This document shows positions 29,338-40,200 of a stretch of 64,000 nucleotides of DNA, piece by piece (positions within the stretch are counted from its first letter, which is position 1; every line of letters starts with the position of its first letter). The notes under the pieces are model-generated. The model was not told the DNA's origin, ran no database searches, and saw nothing but the letters and a program-made list of their open reading frames with translations. Source of the stretch: Spirochaetia bacterium (GTDB lineage Bacteria > Spirochaetota > Spirochaetia > UBA9216). Made by a program: the position numbers and the translations under genes. Location: NCBI GenBank assembly GCA_963677925.2, contig CAXXYH010000004.1, positions 2,400,001 through 2,464,000 of the forward strand. Direction: 5' to 3'.

Positions 29338-29389
29338 TTGACTATTGATTAAGCTGTCCTTATATTTAAGTAAACTTAACTATTTGGAC
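29338..29389 (+). promoter_or_regulatory. Sigma70 promoter with overlapping MarR operator
   Basis: TTGACT-17-TATATT. A 34-bp imperfect palindrome at 29356-29389 is centred on TTAAGT-AA-ACTTAA. Confidence 0.65.
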
Positions 29390-29402
29390 GGCTAACAGAT
29401 CT

Positions 29403-29852
29403 ATGAATAAGCAGACAGAACTAAATACCGCACTTCAAAGACTTACGAGAATTAGCATGCAGAATTCAATGCGTGGGTTTATGACGATGTCAAAAAAACT
29501 GAATCTATCAATGTCGCAGATCGGTGCAATGATGCATATAAACAGATGCAGGAGCTGCGGGGTTTCAAATATTGGCGAGGAACTGGGAATCACCAATGCA
29601 GCCAGCAGTCAGTTACTGGAAAGGCTTGTTCAAAGCGGGTACATCATCAGGGTAGAGAATCCTGATGACAGACGTGCAAAAAAAATTGAACTCACCGAAA
29701 AAGGAACAAAACTAATAAAACAGGGTAACCGGATTCGTTACGATTGGATAAGCGGTCTGACAGAAAGCTTCTCTGAAGATGAATTGGATGCTGTTTTAAA
29801 TGGAGTGAATATATTGATAAGGAAATCAAATGAAATGGAGTATGCAGAATGA
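29403..29852 (+). CDS. MarR-family regulator
   Basis: LGITNAASSQLLERLVQSGYIIR..NPDDRR....LTEKG. Confidence 0.9.
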   Translation: MNKQTELNTALQRLTRISMQNSMRGFMTMSKKLNLSMSQIGAMMHINRCRSCGVSNIGEELGITNAASSQLLERLVQSGYIIRVENPDDRRAKKIELTEKGTKLIKQGNRIRYDWISGLTESFSEDELDAVLNGVNILIRKSNEMEYAE

Positions 29853-32026
29853 TCTTAAAACTTGGTAAATACTTAAAGCCATACCTCCCGGCAGTACTGT
29901 TCTCAATACTGCTGCTTTTTATTCAGGCCAATGCAGACCTTGCACTGCCTGACTATATGTCAAAAATTGTTAATACTGGTATCCAGCAGGGCGGTATTGA
30001 CAGCTCAGTCCCGGTGGCAGTGAGTGAAGACGGCATGTCGCTATTAAAACTTTTTATGAATGATGAGGACATTGATACGGTCGAGTCGTCGTATTTGAAA
30101 ACTGAGGTTAATACAGATGTTCTCATTGAAACTTATCCGGCAGCTGTCGGCGGGAATCTCTACCTGCTGAGATCTGTTGATGAGGCATTGCTTGATGAAT
30201 TGAGCGAGCTCATGGCTCCGGCACTGATAGCCGCAGGTAATGTCGATAAAATGCCCATCCCGGAAGGGGCTGATCCTGCTGCTGTACTTAGCGCCATGAG
30301 TTCAGAACAGCGCCTGATGATTCTTGAGCAGATGACTTCATCAATACAGGCTATGTCGCCTTCTATGATTGAACAGGCTGCCGTAAGTTCTGTAAAGGCA
30401 GAATATGAGGCCCTGGGGATGGATACAGCTTCGATCCAGCACAAATATATTCTTAGAATCGGGGGGCAGATGCTTCTGCTCACTCTTGTTGCTGCTTTTT
30501 GTACAATTGTAGTCGGTTTTCTTGCTTCACGGGTTGCTGCCGGATTTTCCAGGGATCTGCGTTCAAGTATTTTTGAAAGGGTTGAAAACTTTTCAAGCCG
30601 TGAATTTGACAAGTTTTCGACAGCTTCCCTTATCACGAGAAGCACCAACGATATTACCCAGCTTCAGATGGTTATTGTCATGCTGATAAGAATGGTTTTT
30701 TATGCTCCGATTATCGGAGTCGGCGGTATAATAAGGGCTATCGGAAAAAACTCCTCCATGTGGTGGGTTATCGCCTCAGCCGTAGGAGCGCTCAGCATTA
30801 TAGTGATAATCATGTATTTTGTTGCTATTCCCAAATTCAAGCTGATGCAGAAACTTGTTGACCGGCTTAATCTGGTCAGCCGTGAAGGGCTTTCAGGCAT
30901 GCTCGTTATCCGCGCCTTTAATATGCAGCCTCATGAGGAAAAACGGTTTGAGAAAGCAAACAGCGATCTCACTGATAATACCCTCTTTGTAAATAGGATT
31001 ATGGTATTCATGATGCCGCTGATGATGCTCATAATGAATGGTCTTTCACTGATAATCATATGGGTAGGCGCTCATCAGATAGCGGACTCTGCAATGCAGG
31101 TCGGTGATATGATGGCTTTTCTCCAGTATGCCATGCAGATTGTAATGTCATTCCTCATGATGTCAATGATGTTCATAATGCTCCCCAGAGCCGCCGTATC
31201 TGCAGTCAGAATAGCCGAGGTCATAGATACTGAACCGACAATAAATGATCCGGAAAAACCGGAAAACTTTGATGATAATTTTAAACCGGAAATAATCTTT
31301 GATAATGTTTCTTTCAAATATCCCGGTGCTCCCGAGAATGTCCTTGATAAAATCAGTTTTACTGCAAAACCGGGACAGACTACGGCAGTTATCGGAGCAA
31401 CAGGTTCAGGTAAATCAACGCTGGTAAACCTTATCCCCAGATTCTACGATGTTACCAGGGGTGCAATAAAAATCGACGGTCTTGATATCCGTCAGCTGAC
31501 TCAGCATGATCTGCGCGATAAAATTGGTTTTGTACCGCAGAAATCAACTTTGTTTTCAGGAACTGTAGAATCCAATCTGAAGTATGCTGATGAAAATGCA
31601 TCAGCTGACTTTGTTGCCGATGCGGCTGAGGTTGCCCAGGCTGCGGAGTTTATCAGCAAACTTGATGATGGTTTCGATTCATCTGTATCCCAGGGGGGCA
31701 GCAACCTCTCCGGCGGTCAGAAACAGAGACTGTCAATTGCCAGGGCTCTTGTAAAGAAGCCCCCGATCTATATTTTTGACGACAGTTTTTCTGCACTGGA
31801 CTACAAAACAGACTCGGCGCTTAGGGAGGCACTTTCCTCTCGAACTGAGAACAGCACTGTAATTATAGTTACCCAGAGGGTTGCTACTGTCATGAGTGCG
31901 GACCAGATCATCGTTATGGAAGACGGCCGGGTTGAAGGTATCGGCACACACCGGGATCTGATGGAAAATTGCGAAACATACCGTGAAATTGCGACATCAC
32001 AGCTGTCACTGGAGGAACTTCAATGA
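29849..32026 (+). CDS. Heterodimeric ABC exporter subunit (TM287-like, degenerate site)
   Basis: GATGSGKS and LSGGQKQR; Walker B FDDSFSALD lacks the catalytic Glu; Gln replaces the H-switch His. Confidence 0.9.
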   Translation: MILKLGKYLKPYLPAVLFSILLLFIQANADLALPDYMSKIVNTGIQQGGIDSSVPVAVSEDGMSLLKLFMNDEDIDTVESSYLKTEVNTDVLIETYPAAVGGNLYLLRSVDEALLDELSELMAPALIAAGNVDKMPIPEGADPAAVLSAMSSEQRLMILEQMTSSIQAMSPSMIEQAAVSSVKAEYEALGMDTASIQHKYILRIGGQMLLLTLVAAFCTIVVGFLASRVAAGFSRDLRSSIFERVENFSSREFDKFSTASLITRSTNDITQLQMVIVMLIRMVFYAPIIGVGGIIRAIGKNSSMWWVIASAVGALSIIVIIMYFVAIPKFKLMQKLVDRLNLVSREGLSGMLVIRAFNMQPHEEKRFEKANSDLTDNTLFVNRIMVFMMPLMMLIMNGLSLIIIWVGAHQIADSAMQVGDMMAFLQYAMQIVMSFLMMSMMFIMLPRAAVSAVRIAEVIDTEPTINDPEKPENFDDNFKPEIIFDNVSFKYPGAPENVLDKISFTAKPGQTTAVIGATGSGKSTLVNLIPRFYDVTRGAIKIDGLDIRQLTQHDLRDKIGFVPQKSTLFSGTVESNLKYADENASADFVADAAEVAQAAEFISKLDDGFDSSVSQGGSNLSGGQKQRLSIARALVKKPPIYIFDDSFSALDYKTDSALREALSSRTENSTVIIVTQRVATVMSADQIIVMEDGRVEGIGTHRDLMENCETYREIATSQLSLEELQ

Positions 32027-33924
32027 GTGAAAATAAAAAAACACATATGAATAACAGCCCGCGCGGGCCAATGATGGGACGAGGGCCCGGAGGCGGCCGC
32101 GGTCCAATGGGCGGCGGACCACCTCATCTTAGCGGTATACCGGGAGACAAGGCTTCAAACTTCAAGGGTACTATGAAGACTCTTCTGCAGTATCTTGGAA
32201 AGTATAAGGTCGCAGTTTTCTTTACTCTGATTGTATCTGCTGTATCAACAGTGTTTATGATACTCGGCCCCAAGATACTCGGCAGAGCAACAACCGGAAT
32301 CTTTGAAGGTGTCATGGCTCAAATAAGCGGAACCGGCGGCATAGACTTCGGCTTTGTTGCAAGGATTCTGATAACAGTTCTGATTCTATATCTGATTTCA
32401 ACTGCTGCCAATTATATCCAGGGCTGGATAATGGCCGGAATTTCTGCAAAGGTTACCTTTAGGCTGAGAAGGGATATTGAGGAGAAGATTAACCGGATGC
32501 CGCTCGGTTACTTTGACACTACAAGTCACGGTGAGGTCCTTTCAAGAATAACCAACGATGTTGAAACTGTAAGCCGGACTCTCAGCCAGAGCCTCACCCA
32601 GGTTGTAACCTCGGTTGCAACTGTTGCAGGTGTTCTTGTCATGATGTTCTCAATCAGCTGGATGATGACCCTGGTAGCCCTTGTCATCATTCCTGTGTCT
32701 ATGATCTTTGTAAGTGTGATAATAAAAAAATCACAGAAGTACTTCAAGCAGCAGCAGGATTACCTTGGACATGTCAACGGACATGTCGAGGAGATGTTCA
32801 GCGGGCATGTAGTAATGAAAGCATTCAACGGTGAGAAGAAGAGTATCGAAAAATTCAGTGAACTCAATGATACTCTCTATACATCAGCATGGAAATCACA
32901 GTTTCTTACAGGACTTATGCATCCTATAATGATGTTTGTCGGAAATCTGGGTTATGTAGGTGTCAGCATCCTCGGAGGCTACCTTGCAGTGCAGAGGGCA
33001 ATTACTGTCGGAGATATTCAGGCTTTTATTCAGTATGTTAGATCATTCATGCAGCCGCTCACACAGCTTGCAAATATTTCCAACATTCTTCAGCAGACTG
33101 CAGCTGCAGCTGAAAGAGTATTTGAATTTCTTGATGAGCCTGAGCAGATTCCGGAGACTGATGATCCGCTGAAGGTACAGAACTTCAACGGAAAGGTTGA
33201 GTTTGCTAATGTCAATTTCGGCTATACTGAAGAAAAAATAATCATCAACGATTTTTCAGCTGTCGCAGAACCGGGACAGAAAGTCGCTATTGTAGGTCCT
33301 ACAGGCGCCGGTAAAACGACTATGGTAAAGCTTCTGATGCGTTTCTATGATATCAATAAGGGCAAAATCCTGATTGACGGAAATGATATTACCGACTACA
33401 GCAGACGTGATCTAAGGCGGATGTTTGGAATGGTTCTTCAGGATACCTGGCTGTTCAACGGAACTGTAATGGAAAATATCCGTTACGGCCGTCCGGATGC
33501 AACCGATGAAGAAGTCTATGCTGCCGCAAAAACAGCGCATGCAGATCACTTTATAAAAACACTTCCCGGCGGTTACTCAATGGTAATCAATGAGGAGGCA
33601 AGCAATATTTCGCAGGGACAGATGCAGCTTCTGACAATTGCGAGGGCGATTCTGGCTGATCCCAAAATGCTGATTCTTGATGAGGCCACAAGCTCTGTCG
33701 ATACCAGGACAGAGATACTGATTCAGAAAGCGATGGATAATCTCATGGCTGAGCGCACTTCATTTATTATAGCGCACAGACTGTCAACAATTAAAAATGC
33801 CGACCTCATTCTGTTTATGAAGGACGGAGATATAGTGGAACAGGGCAATCACGAGCAGCTGATGGCCGCAGGCGGATTCTATTCAGAGCTGTACAACAGC
33901 CAGTTTGAAAAGAAGGCCGGCTGA
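32023..33924 (+). CDS. Heterodimeric ABC exporter subunit (TM288-like)
   Basis: GPTGAGKT, ISQGQ, LDEATSSVD and IAHRLST. Confidence 0.9.
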   Translation: MSENKKTHMNNSPRGPMMGRGPGGGRGPMGGGPPHLSGIPGDKASNFKGTMKTLLQYLGKYKVAVFFTLIVSAVSTVFMILGPKILGRATTGIFEGVMAQISGTGGIDFGFVARILITVLILYLISTAANYIQGWIMAGISAKVTFRLRRDIEEKINRMPLGYFDTTSHGEVLSRITNDVETVSRTLSQSLTQVVTSVATVAGVLVMMFSISWMMTLVALVIIPVSMIFVSVIIKKSQKYFKQQQDYLGHVNGHVEEMFSGHVVMKAFNGEKKSIEKFSELNDTLYTSAWKSQFLTGLMHPIMMFVGNLGYVGVSILGGYLAVQRAITVGDIQAFIQYVRSFMQPLTQLANISNILQQTAAAAERVFEFLDEPEQIPETDDPLKVQNFNGKVEFANVNFGYTEEKIIINDFSAVAEPGQKVAIVGPTGAGKTTMVKLLMRFYDINKGKILIDGNDITDYSRRDLRRMFGMVLQDTWLFNGTVMENIRYGRPDATDEEVYAAAKTAHADHFIKTLPGGYSMVINEEASNISQGQMQLLTIARAILADPKMLILDEATSSVDTRTEILIQKAMDNLMAERTSFIIAHRLSTIKNADLILFMKDGDIVEQGNHEQLMAAGGFYSELYNSQFEKKAG

Positions 33925-33925
33925 A

Positions 33926-35461
33926 ATGGGATTCAGGGAGATAGAGTTCAGTCTGCCGACTGCTTACACGGAAAATGAACTGAAGGCTCAGATCAGGAAA
34001 AAAACCGGTCTGAGCAGTTTCAGCTATGAAATACGCCGTAAAAGTCTTGATGCCAGACGAAAGGGAAATATTCTCTGGCGGCTTGGGGTAATGGTGATAT
34101 CCGATGCTTTACCCGGAGAATCTTTCGAGGAAAAGAAGCTTGAAATCCCGTTTTCTAAAAGAAATAAAAATATACTGATCGCCGGAAGCGGGCCCGCAGG
34201 TATTTTTGCCGCTTATACACTTCAGACGGCCGGTTTCAGTACAAGGGTTATTGAACGCGGCTCAGATGTAGAGAAGCGTGCTGCGGCAATAGAGAGGTTT
34301 GAAGCGGCAGGTGAGTTTTCGGCTGTTTCCAACTATGCCTTCGGTGAAGGCGGGGCCGGGACTTTCAGCGACGGCAAGCTGACAAGCCGTACAAAGAGTA
34401 TTAAGCTTGAACGCAACTTTATTTTTGATACATATATTGAGGCCGGTGCGCCGGCTGAAATAAAGTATATGACTCATCCCCACCTGGGAACTGATAATCT
34501 TAAAAAGATAGTCAAAACGCTGAGGCTGATGTACGAGGAACTCGGCGGAAAAATTATGTTTGAAACAGAACTTACAGACATTATTTTCGATTTATCCGGC
34601 AGCAGGATAACTGAGGCAGTAACCTCCGCGGGGAGTATGCCATGTGATGAACTGCTGATCGCACCAGGACACTCGGCCTTTGACACCTACCGTATGCTTA
34701 TGAGAAGAAATGTTCCGTTTCGGAATAAGAACTTTGCAATCGGAAGCCGGGTGGAACATCCTCAGAATCTTATTAACAGGGCGCAGTGGGGAATCGAAGA
34801 GCTTCCCGGAGTGAAGGCGGCCGAGTACCGGCTAACCTCCAATGCTGACGACAGACATCCTGTTTATACCTTCTGTATGTGTCCCGGCGGTAAAATTGTA
34901 CAGGCGGCTGCATTTGAGAACCAGAGCATTGTAAACGGAATGAGTGAATATCAGAGAGCAGGTCAGTTTGCCAACGCCGCCTGTGTAGCCGGAATATCAA
35001 TTGACCGGATTACAGGAAGGGAAAGCAGTCCGTTGGAGGCTTTGGACTGGCTTGAAAGCCTTGAAGAACGGTTTTTTAAAGCAACCGGCGGATACTCAGT
35101 TCCCTGCTGCAGTATTGCTGACTTTACCGCAGAAAAAAACTCAGGCTCACTGCCGGCAACCAGTTACAGCCTCGGTCTCTCCGAATACCCGTTATGGAAG
35201 CTCTTTCCGGAATCTGTTTATACATCCATGAAAACCGGCCTCCGGGATTTCTCATCAAGAATTCGGGGATTTGAAACCGGTATAATTATGGGGCTTGAGA
35301 GTAAGACGAGTTCACCTGTACAGGCTGTCCGGAACTCTGCGGGGCTGGCGGAAGGCTTTGAAAACCTCTATATAATCGGAGAGGGCAGCGGTTATGCCGG
35401 AGGCATCATTTCGAGTGCTGCCGACGGTGTTAAGACGGCTATGTGTATCATTAATCAATAA
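33926..35461 (+). CDS. FAD-dependent oxidoreductase (uncharacterised dehydrogenase family)
   Basis: GSGPAG, GEGGAGTFSDGKL, TFCMCPGG and GEGSGYAGGI. ATG 33926 follows the ABC stop codon. Confidence 0.85.
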   Translation: MGFREIEFSLPTAYTENELKAQIRKKTGLSSFSYEIRRKSLDARRKGNILWRLGVMVISDALPGESFEEKKLEIPFSKRNKNILIAGSGPAGIFAAYTLQTAGFSTRVIERGSDVEKRAAAIERFEAAGEFSAVSNYAFGEGGAGTFSDGKLTSRTKSIKLERNFIFDTYIEAGAPAEIKYMTHPHLGTDNLKKIVKTLRLMYEELGGKIMFETELTDIIFDLSGSRITEAVTSAGSMPCDELLIAPGHSAFDTYRMLMRRNVPFRNKNFAIGSRVEHPQNLINRAQWGIEELPGVKAAEYRLTSNADDRHPVYTFCMCPGGKIVQAAAFENQSIVNGMSEYQRAGQFANAACVAGISIDRITGRESSPLEALDWLESLEERFFKATGGYSVPCCSIADFTAEKNSGSLPATSYSLGLSEYPLWKLFPESVYTSMKTGLRDFSSRIRGFETGIIMGLESKTSSPVQAVRNSAGLAEGFENLYIIGEGSGYAGGIISSAADGVKTAMCIINQ

Positions 35462-35534
35462 AAACTTTATTTCTGAGTCTTTCTTCAATATAATTTTAGT
35501 TAATAACATCATTCACAGCGGAGAAAGATTTTTT

Positions 35535-38144
35535 ATGAATGAATCCGGATTAGAAAACATGGAGAATAACTACATCTCCAGACTGGATTATCTTAACAGA
35601 ATCCTTTTTACCGCTGTCGGCAGTTTTCTGCCCGGAGTCATTCTCGTTTTTACCCTGCTGGGAATATATCACCTGTTATTTTTTAACGGAAGAGATTCTT
35701 TAATCATGTCAGTTACGGCATTTTTTTCTGCTGTGCTCTTTATGATTTTTAAAATCCTGCATAAAAAAAAGAAACTATATATTCCCAGAGCGCATTTATA
35801 TGCTTTCTTAATATTCATCACTGTACTTGTGAACTCGCTGCTTTATATGATCATTACCTCTGACATCCTTCAGTCAACATATATCATAATCCTGCTGCTT
35901 GTATTGCCGATAATTCAGCCCGCTAGAAAATGGTATATAAGTTCAGTTGTTATCACCATTACTGTCTGGTCACTCCTGATTTCCGTAGTACCCGGTTATG
36001 ATTATAAATCTGCATCTCTGATCCATTTTATTCTAAGCGTCTCTTTTTCGATTCTGCTTTCTGTAATAATTCATTTTGTTCTAACCAGGTTTATAGACAG
36101 TCAATATTCCTCTGAACTTGAACAGGATAAAAATAATGATGCACTTACCAGGGCGCTTCAAAAGGCGGATTATAACGAGAAGATCCTCAAGCGGCTCACA
36201 GAACTTGCAGTTGAAGGTATCGGCTTTCATGACGGTGAAAAAATTGTAAACTGCAATGAACAGTTCAGCAGAATGTTCGGATATCCGTCGAAGACAGAAA
36301 TATCAGGGCAGGATATCCTGTCGCTTATCGCTCCAGAGTCACAGGAAACCGTAATCAAAAAAATTGTAAATTCAATAGCGGGCAGTTATGAAGTGCAAGG
36401 CATCCGGAGAGACGGCAGGAAATTCCCGATGGAACTGAATGCCAAAACCATAATCAAAGAAGATAATGATATGCTCCGTGCTGTAATTGTCCATGATTTA
36501 ACCGAGCAGAAACTTATTCAGGAAAAACTCCGTGAAAGTGAAGAGATGTTCCGCACAATGAGTGAATATTCTCCAGTAGGGATATTCCTTTCTGATATTA
36601 ATGGAGACTGTGTCTTTGTAAATGACAAATATCTTGAAATTACCGGTCTAAACTCTCAACAGGCGCTTGGAAACACCTGGAAATCAATAATCTATCCTAC
36701 TGATAAGGCTCGAGTATATAAACAATGGGATGATTTTGTCAGGAGCAATGAGAATTTTCATACTATGTACAGAATTAAAAGCGGTATTGGAAATATCAGA
36801 TGGATAGATGTCAGAATTTCAGTATACAAAGCAGATGATAAGATTCTGGGTTATGTCGGAACTGTTGAAGATTTTACCGAGTACAGAAAGCAGGAGGAAG
36901 AGCTGATAGAGTACTCACGGAACCTTGGCGAAATGGTTGAACTGCGAACCCGTGAACTGGAATCGCTGCAGGATGAACTTATAACGCAGCAGCTCTTTCA
37001 GAAAGAACTTGAGATAGCTTCTGAAATACAGATGAGCCTGCTTCCGACGAAAGCCCCGGTGATTGATGGGTTTCAGATTGCTTCGATTGCGATACCGGCT
37101 CAGTATGTAAGCGGAGATTTCTATAACTGCTACAATATTACTGATGAAATTCTTGAAATAGGAATAGCAGATATAGCGGGCAAGGGTGTTGCGGCTGCGC
37201 TGCTGGCCGCGGGTACAAGGGCATTTCTGCGTGCTTCTGTAAGTGAAGAAAATCTGCCTGATAAATCGCTCGCCTTCCTTAACAGTTCAATGTATGACGA
37301 TCTTAATAACGCGGAAAAATTTATCACGATGCAGATGACTCGTATAGACGGAGGAAGCGGCCGGATAAGCTACACAAGTGCGGGGCATACCGAATCACTT
37401 CTGTATCTTTCAAGAAAAAACAAAGTAGCAAGACTTCTGCCTACCACTATTCCGATCGGAATAGTGGAAGATCTTGTTACCGATATTAAAGAATTTTATA
37501 TGCTGCCCGGAGATCTTCTTTTCCTTTACAGTGACGGTGTAACTGAAGCTGAGGATGCAAATCAGGAACTGTTCGGAATTGAGCGTTTGAAAGCTTCTAT
37601 CCAGTCCTGCTGTGAACAGAATATGGATGCACCGACAGTGATTGCTACCTTGTACAGTGAGTTAAACGATTTTATGAAGGCAGAGAATCCAAATGATGAT
37701 ATCACAATGGTAGCCATCAGGGCGGAAGAGCAGGAATTCTCGATAGAGAAACCCGGAGACTTTGAGCATCTTGATTCACTGGTCACCTGGGTGGGTGATA
37801 AATGCAGAAGATACGGAGAAGAACTCAGGAACGGTATCGAACTTGCAGCATCGGAACTGATAACAAATATGATTAAACATTCATATGGAAAGGGTTCAGA
37901 CGGAAAAAATGACGGTTTGATTTCTATTAAGATTGAATTGAATTATAATTATATTGAACTTAATCTGTATGATTTCGGTTCACCCTTTGAGATTTCATCG
38001 GTTGCTGTGCCTGATTTTGCGTCGCCGAATGAAAGCGGGTACGGTATATGGATGATCAACCAGATAATGGATTATGTTGAATACCGTGCAGGCGGAGAAG
38101 ACAAACCGGAAAATCACTGGATTCTAAGGAAAAATATTTCATAA
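35535..38144 (+). CDS. Membrane PAS-PAS-SpoIIE(PP2C)-HATPase fusion (RsbU-RsbW-like)
   Basis: 5-6 TM and two PAS/PAC domains; VSGDFY, IADIAGKG, SDGVTEA and DDITM; then ELITNMIKHSY, DFG and SGYGIW. Start codon uncertain. Confidence 0.9.
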   Translation: MNESGLENMENNYISRLDYLNRILFTAVGSFLPGVILVFTLLGIYHLLFFNGRDSLIMSVTAFFSAVLFMIFKILHKKKKLYIPRAHLYAFLIFITVLVNSLLYMIITSDILQSTYIIILLLVLPIIQPARKWYISSVVITITVWSLLISVVPGYDYKSASLIHFILSVSFSILLSVIIHFVLTRFIDSQYSSELEQDKNNDALTRALQKADYNEKILKRLTELAVEGIGFHDGEKIVNCNEQFSRMFGYPSKTEISGQDILSLIAPESQETVIKKIVNSIAGSYEVQGIRRDGRKFPMELNAKTIIKEDNDMLRAVIVHDLTEQKLIQEKLRESEEMFRTMSEYSPVGIFLSDINGDCVFVNDKYLEITGLNSQQALGNTWKSIIYPTDKARVYKQWDDFVRSNENFHTMYRIKSGIGNIRWIDVRISVYKADDKILGYVGTVEDFTEYRKQEEELIEYSRNLGEMVELRTRELESLQDELITQQLFQKELEIASEIQMSLLPTKAPVIDGFQIASIAIPAQYVSGDFYNCYNITDEILEIGIADIAGKGVAAALLAAGTRAFLRASVSEENLPDKSLAFLNSSMYDDLNNAEKFITMQMTRIDGGSGRISYTSAGHTESLLYLSRKNKVARLLPTTIPIGIVEDLVTDIKEFYMLPGDLLFLYSDGVTEAEDANQELFGIERLKASIQSCCEQNMDAPTVIATLYSELNDFMKAENPNDDITMVAIRAEEQEFSIEKPGDFEHLDSLVTWVGDKCRRYGEELRNGIELAASELITNMIKHSYGKGSDGKNDGLISIKIELNYNYIELNLYDFGSPFEISSVAVPDFASPNESGYGIWMINQIMDYVEYRAGGEDKPENHWILRKNIS

Positions 38145-38156
38145 GGAAATAAACAG

Positions 38157-40178
38157 ATGGGTTTGAACCTTAAAAATAAATTTATTGAAAACTTCGGGCC
38201 TAATGATGATCCGGTTAAACAGAAAAAGCGGATTGCATTGTTCAGATTCCTGGCCGTAATTACATCTGCGGCAGCCCTTAATTATATAATCTGGCGCTAT
38301 GTTAAAAGTTTGAATATGAATGCTCTATGGTTTGCTGTCCCGATGGTCATTGCCGAAACTTATGGAATTATAGAAAGCTTTCTTTTCATTTATATGGTAT
38401 GGAAGCCGATCAAACGGCAGCCTCCGGAACCCCCAGAAAAAGCGGATGTTGATGTCTTTATTGTCACTTTTAATGAACCTGTAGAACTTGTACGCAAGAC
38501 AGTTGAAGCCGCCTCAGGGATAACCTGGGAGGGCAAAAAGGTATATCTTCTTGATGACGGCAGCAGATTGGAAATGAAGGCTCTGGCAGAAGAATTCCAT
38601 TGCGGCTATATAACACGCGGGATTGAATGGGCCCATAAACCGAGACACGCAAAAGCCGGTAATATAAATAACGCAATGCTTCAGACTTCAGGAGAGTATA
38701 TTCTGGTGCTTGATGCAGATCAGATTCCGGAGTCATCCATCATCAAAAAAATTATAGGATACTTTGAAGATCCTGAAGTCGCCTTCATTCAGACTCCGCA
38801 GCATTTTTATAATATCCCTCCGGGAGACCCTTTCGGAAACGACGCCCCGCTGTTTTACGGTCCGATACAGGAGGGGAAGGACGGGCATAATGCCGCCTAC
38901 TTCTGCGGCTCCAATGGAATGCTCAGACGTGAAGCGTTGGTTCAGCTGGGAATTACAAGTTTTGTTGAAGAGATGGAGGAACAGGTAAGGCACGGTATAA
39001 AGGCTCTTAAAAAGCAGGCAAAAACTATTCAGACCCCTGATCGGGTTATAACCCGGCAGGCCAGGGACATTCTGAGCGACGGGCTGAAAACGGCTGAACG
39101 CCTGATGAAACAGAATGAACCACTTGAAATAGTAAGTGATGAAATCAGAAAGACCATACATCAGATTGAACATCTTGTTGCTATAGACAGCTTCGATGAA
39201 ATTGCGGATATGCTTAAAAATCTCGCTGTTGACGGTGATATGAACGCTGCCGAGGCATACAATCATATTATTCAGGATGAGGATTCAATTGCCGAACAGA
39301 CTGATTCTGCGAAAACGGGAACTTCAATAGGGATAGATTCTGAAGTTTTTGAAAATATAAACCTCACACGTTCGGATGAGGCAATCCCGGTACAGTCAAT
39401 GTCAACCATAAGTATTACTGAGGATATGGCTACATCCATGCGTCTTCATGCCGCAGGCTGGAAAAGCGTATATCATTCGGAAATCCTTGCATACGGACTG
39501 GCGCCCGAAGACCTGTCAAGTGCACTGAAGCAGCGGCTGCGATGGGCTCAGGGGACTGTGCAGGTGTTTTTAAGATCAAACCCGTTCAAACTGAAAGGCC
39601 TAACACTTTCACAGCGCTTGATGTACTTTGCCACTATAAACTCATATTTCAACGGCTTTTTTAATCTGCTTTTGATAATTTCACCCATTTTTTATCTGTT
39701 TACGGCAATTGCCCCCGTCTCTGTGTGGTCCTGGGGATTTCTGTTCCGGCTTCTTCCTTTTTTTATACTCAATAAGGTTACATTCAGGTATCTTTCGTGG
39801 GGTATCTCGGTATGGCGGGGAGAACAGTATGATCTGGCGTTGTTTCCACTTTTCATTAAGGCAACTCTTACCGCACTGTTTAAAAAAGAAATACCCTTTG
39901 TTGTTACATCCAAAGACAGGAAAAAGAGAGATAAATCGAAACTAAAACTGATCTGGCCTCAGCTTTCGATAATTATCTTAACCACGGCAGCAATAATTTA
40001 CGGATTTATCAGCTATTTTATACTCGGATCCGGATTAACTTTTTTCGGATTATTTATTAATACGTTCTGGGGCATTTATAATGCTATAATGCTTTTAGTA
40101 GTCATAAGAGCGGCGTTTTACAAATTACCGGAAGGCTGGTCACCCCGTCCGCCGGAAACAGTATTTCATTACGGATAA
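38157..40178 (+). CDS. Cellulose-synthase-like processive GT2 glycosyltransferase (BcsA-like, no PilZ)
   Basis: LDDG, HAKAGNIN, LDADQ, QTPQHF, FCGS, TED and QRLRW. The protein ends shortly after the last TM. Confidence 0.9.
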   Translation: MGLNLKNKFIENFGPNDDPVKQKKRIALFRFLAVITSAAALNYIIWRYVKSLNMNALWFAVPMVIAETYGIIESFLFIYMVWKPIKRQPPEPPEKADVDVFIVTFNEPVELVRKTVEAASGITWEGKKVYLLDDGSRLEMKALAEEFHCGYITRGIEWAHKPRHAKAGNINNAMLQTSGEYILVLDADQIPESSIIKKIIGYFEDPEVAFIQTPQHFYNIPPGDPFGNDAPLFYGPIQEGKDGHNAAYFCGSNGMLRREALVQLGITSFVEEMEEQVRHGIKALKKQAKTIQTPDRVITRQARDILSDGLKTAERLMKQNEPLEIVSDEIRKTIHQIEHLVAIDSFDEIADMLKNLAVDGDMNAAEAYNHIIQDEDSIAEQTDSAKTGTSIGIDSEVFENINLTRSDEAIPVQSMSTISITEDMATSMRLHAAGWKSVYHSEILAYGLAPEDLSSALKQRLRWAQGTVQVFLRSNPFKLKGLTLSQRLMYFATINSYFNGFFNLLLIISPIFYLFTAIAPVSVWSWGFLFRLLPFFILNKVTFRYLSWGISVWRGEQYDLALFPLFIKATLTALFKKEIPFVVTSKDRKKRDKSKLKLIWPQLSIIILTTAAIIYGFISYFILGSGLTFFGLFINTFWGIYNAIMLLVVIRAAFYKLPEGWSPRPPETVFHYG

Positions 40179-40200
40179 ACTGATACAGGAGTGAATACAG

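Noticed and set aside
29356-29389. Third copy of the GTCC...GGAC motif
   Set aside because: The spacer is 26 bp rather than 14, and the core and position fit a MarR operator.
29849-33924. Degenerate ATPase motifs suggesting an ABC pseudogene
   Set aside because: Asymmetric degenerate and consensus sites are normal for heterodimeric exporters.
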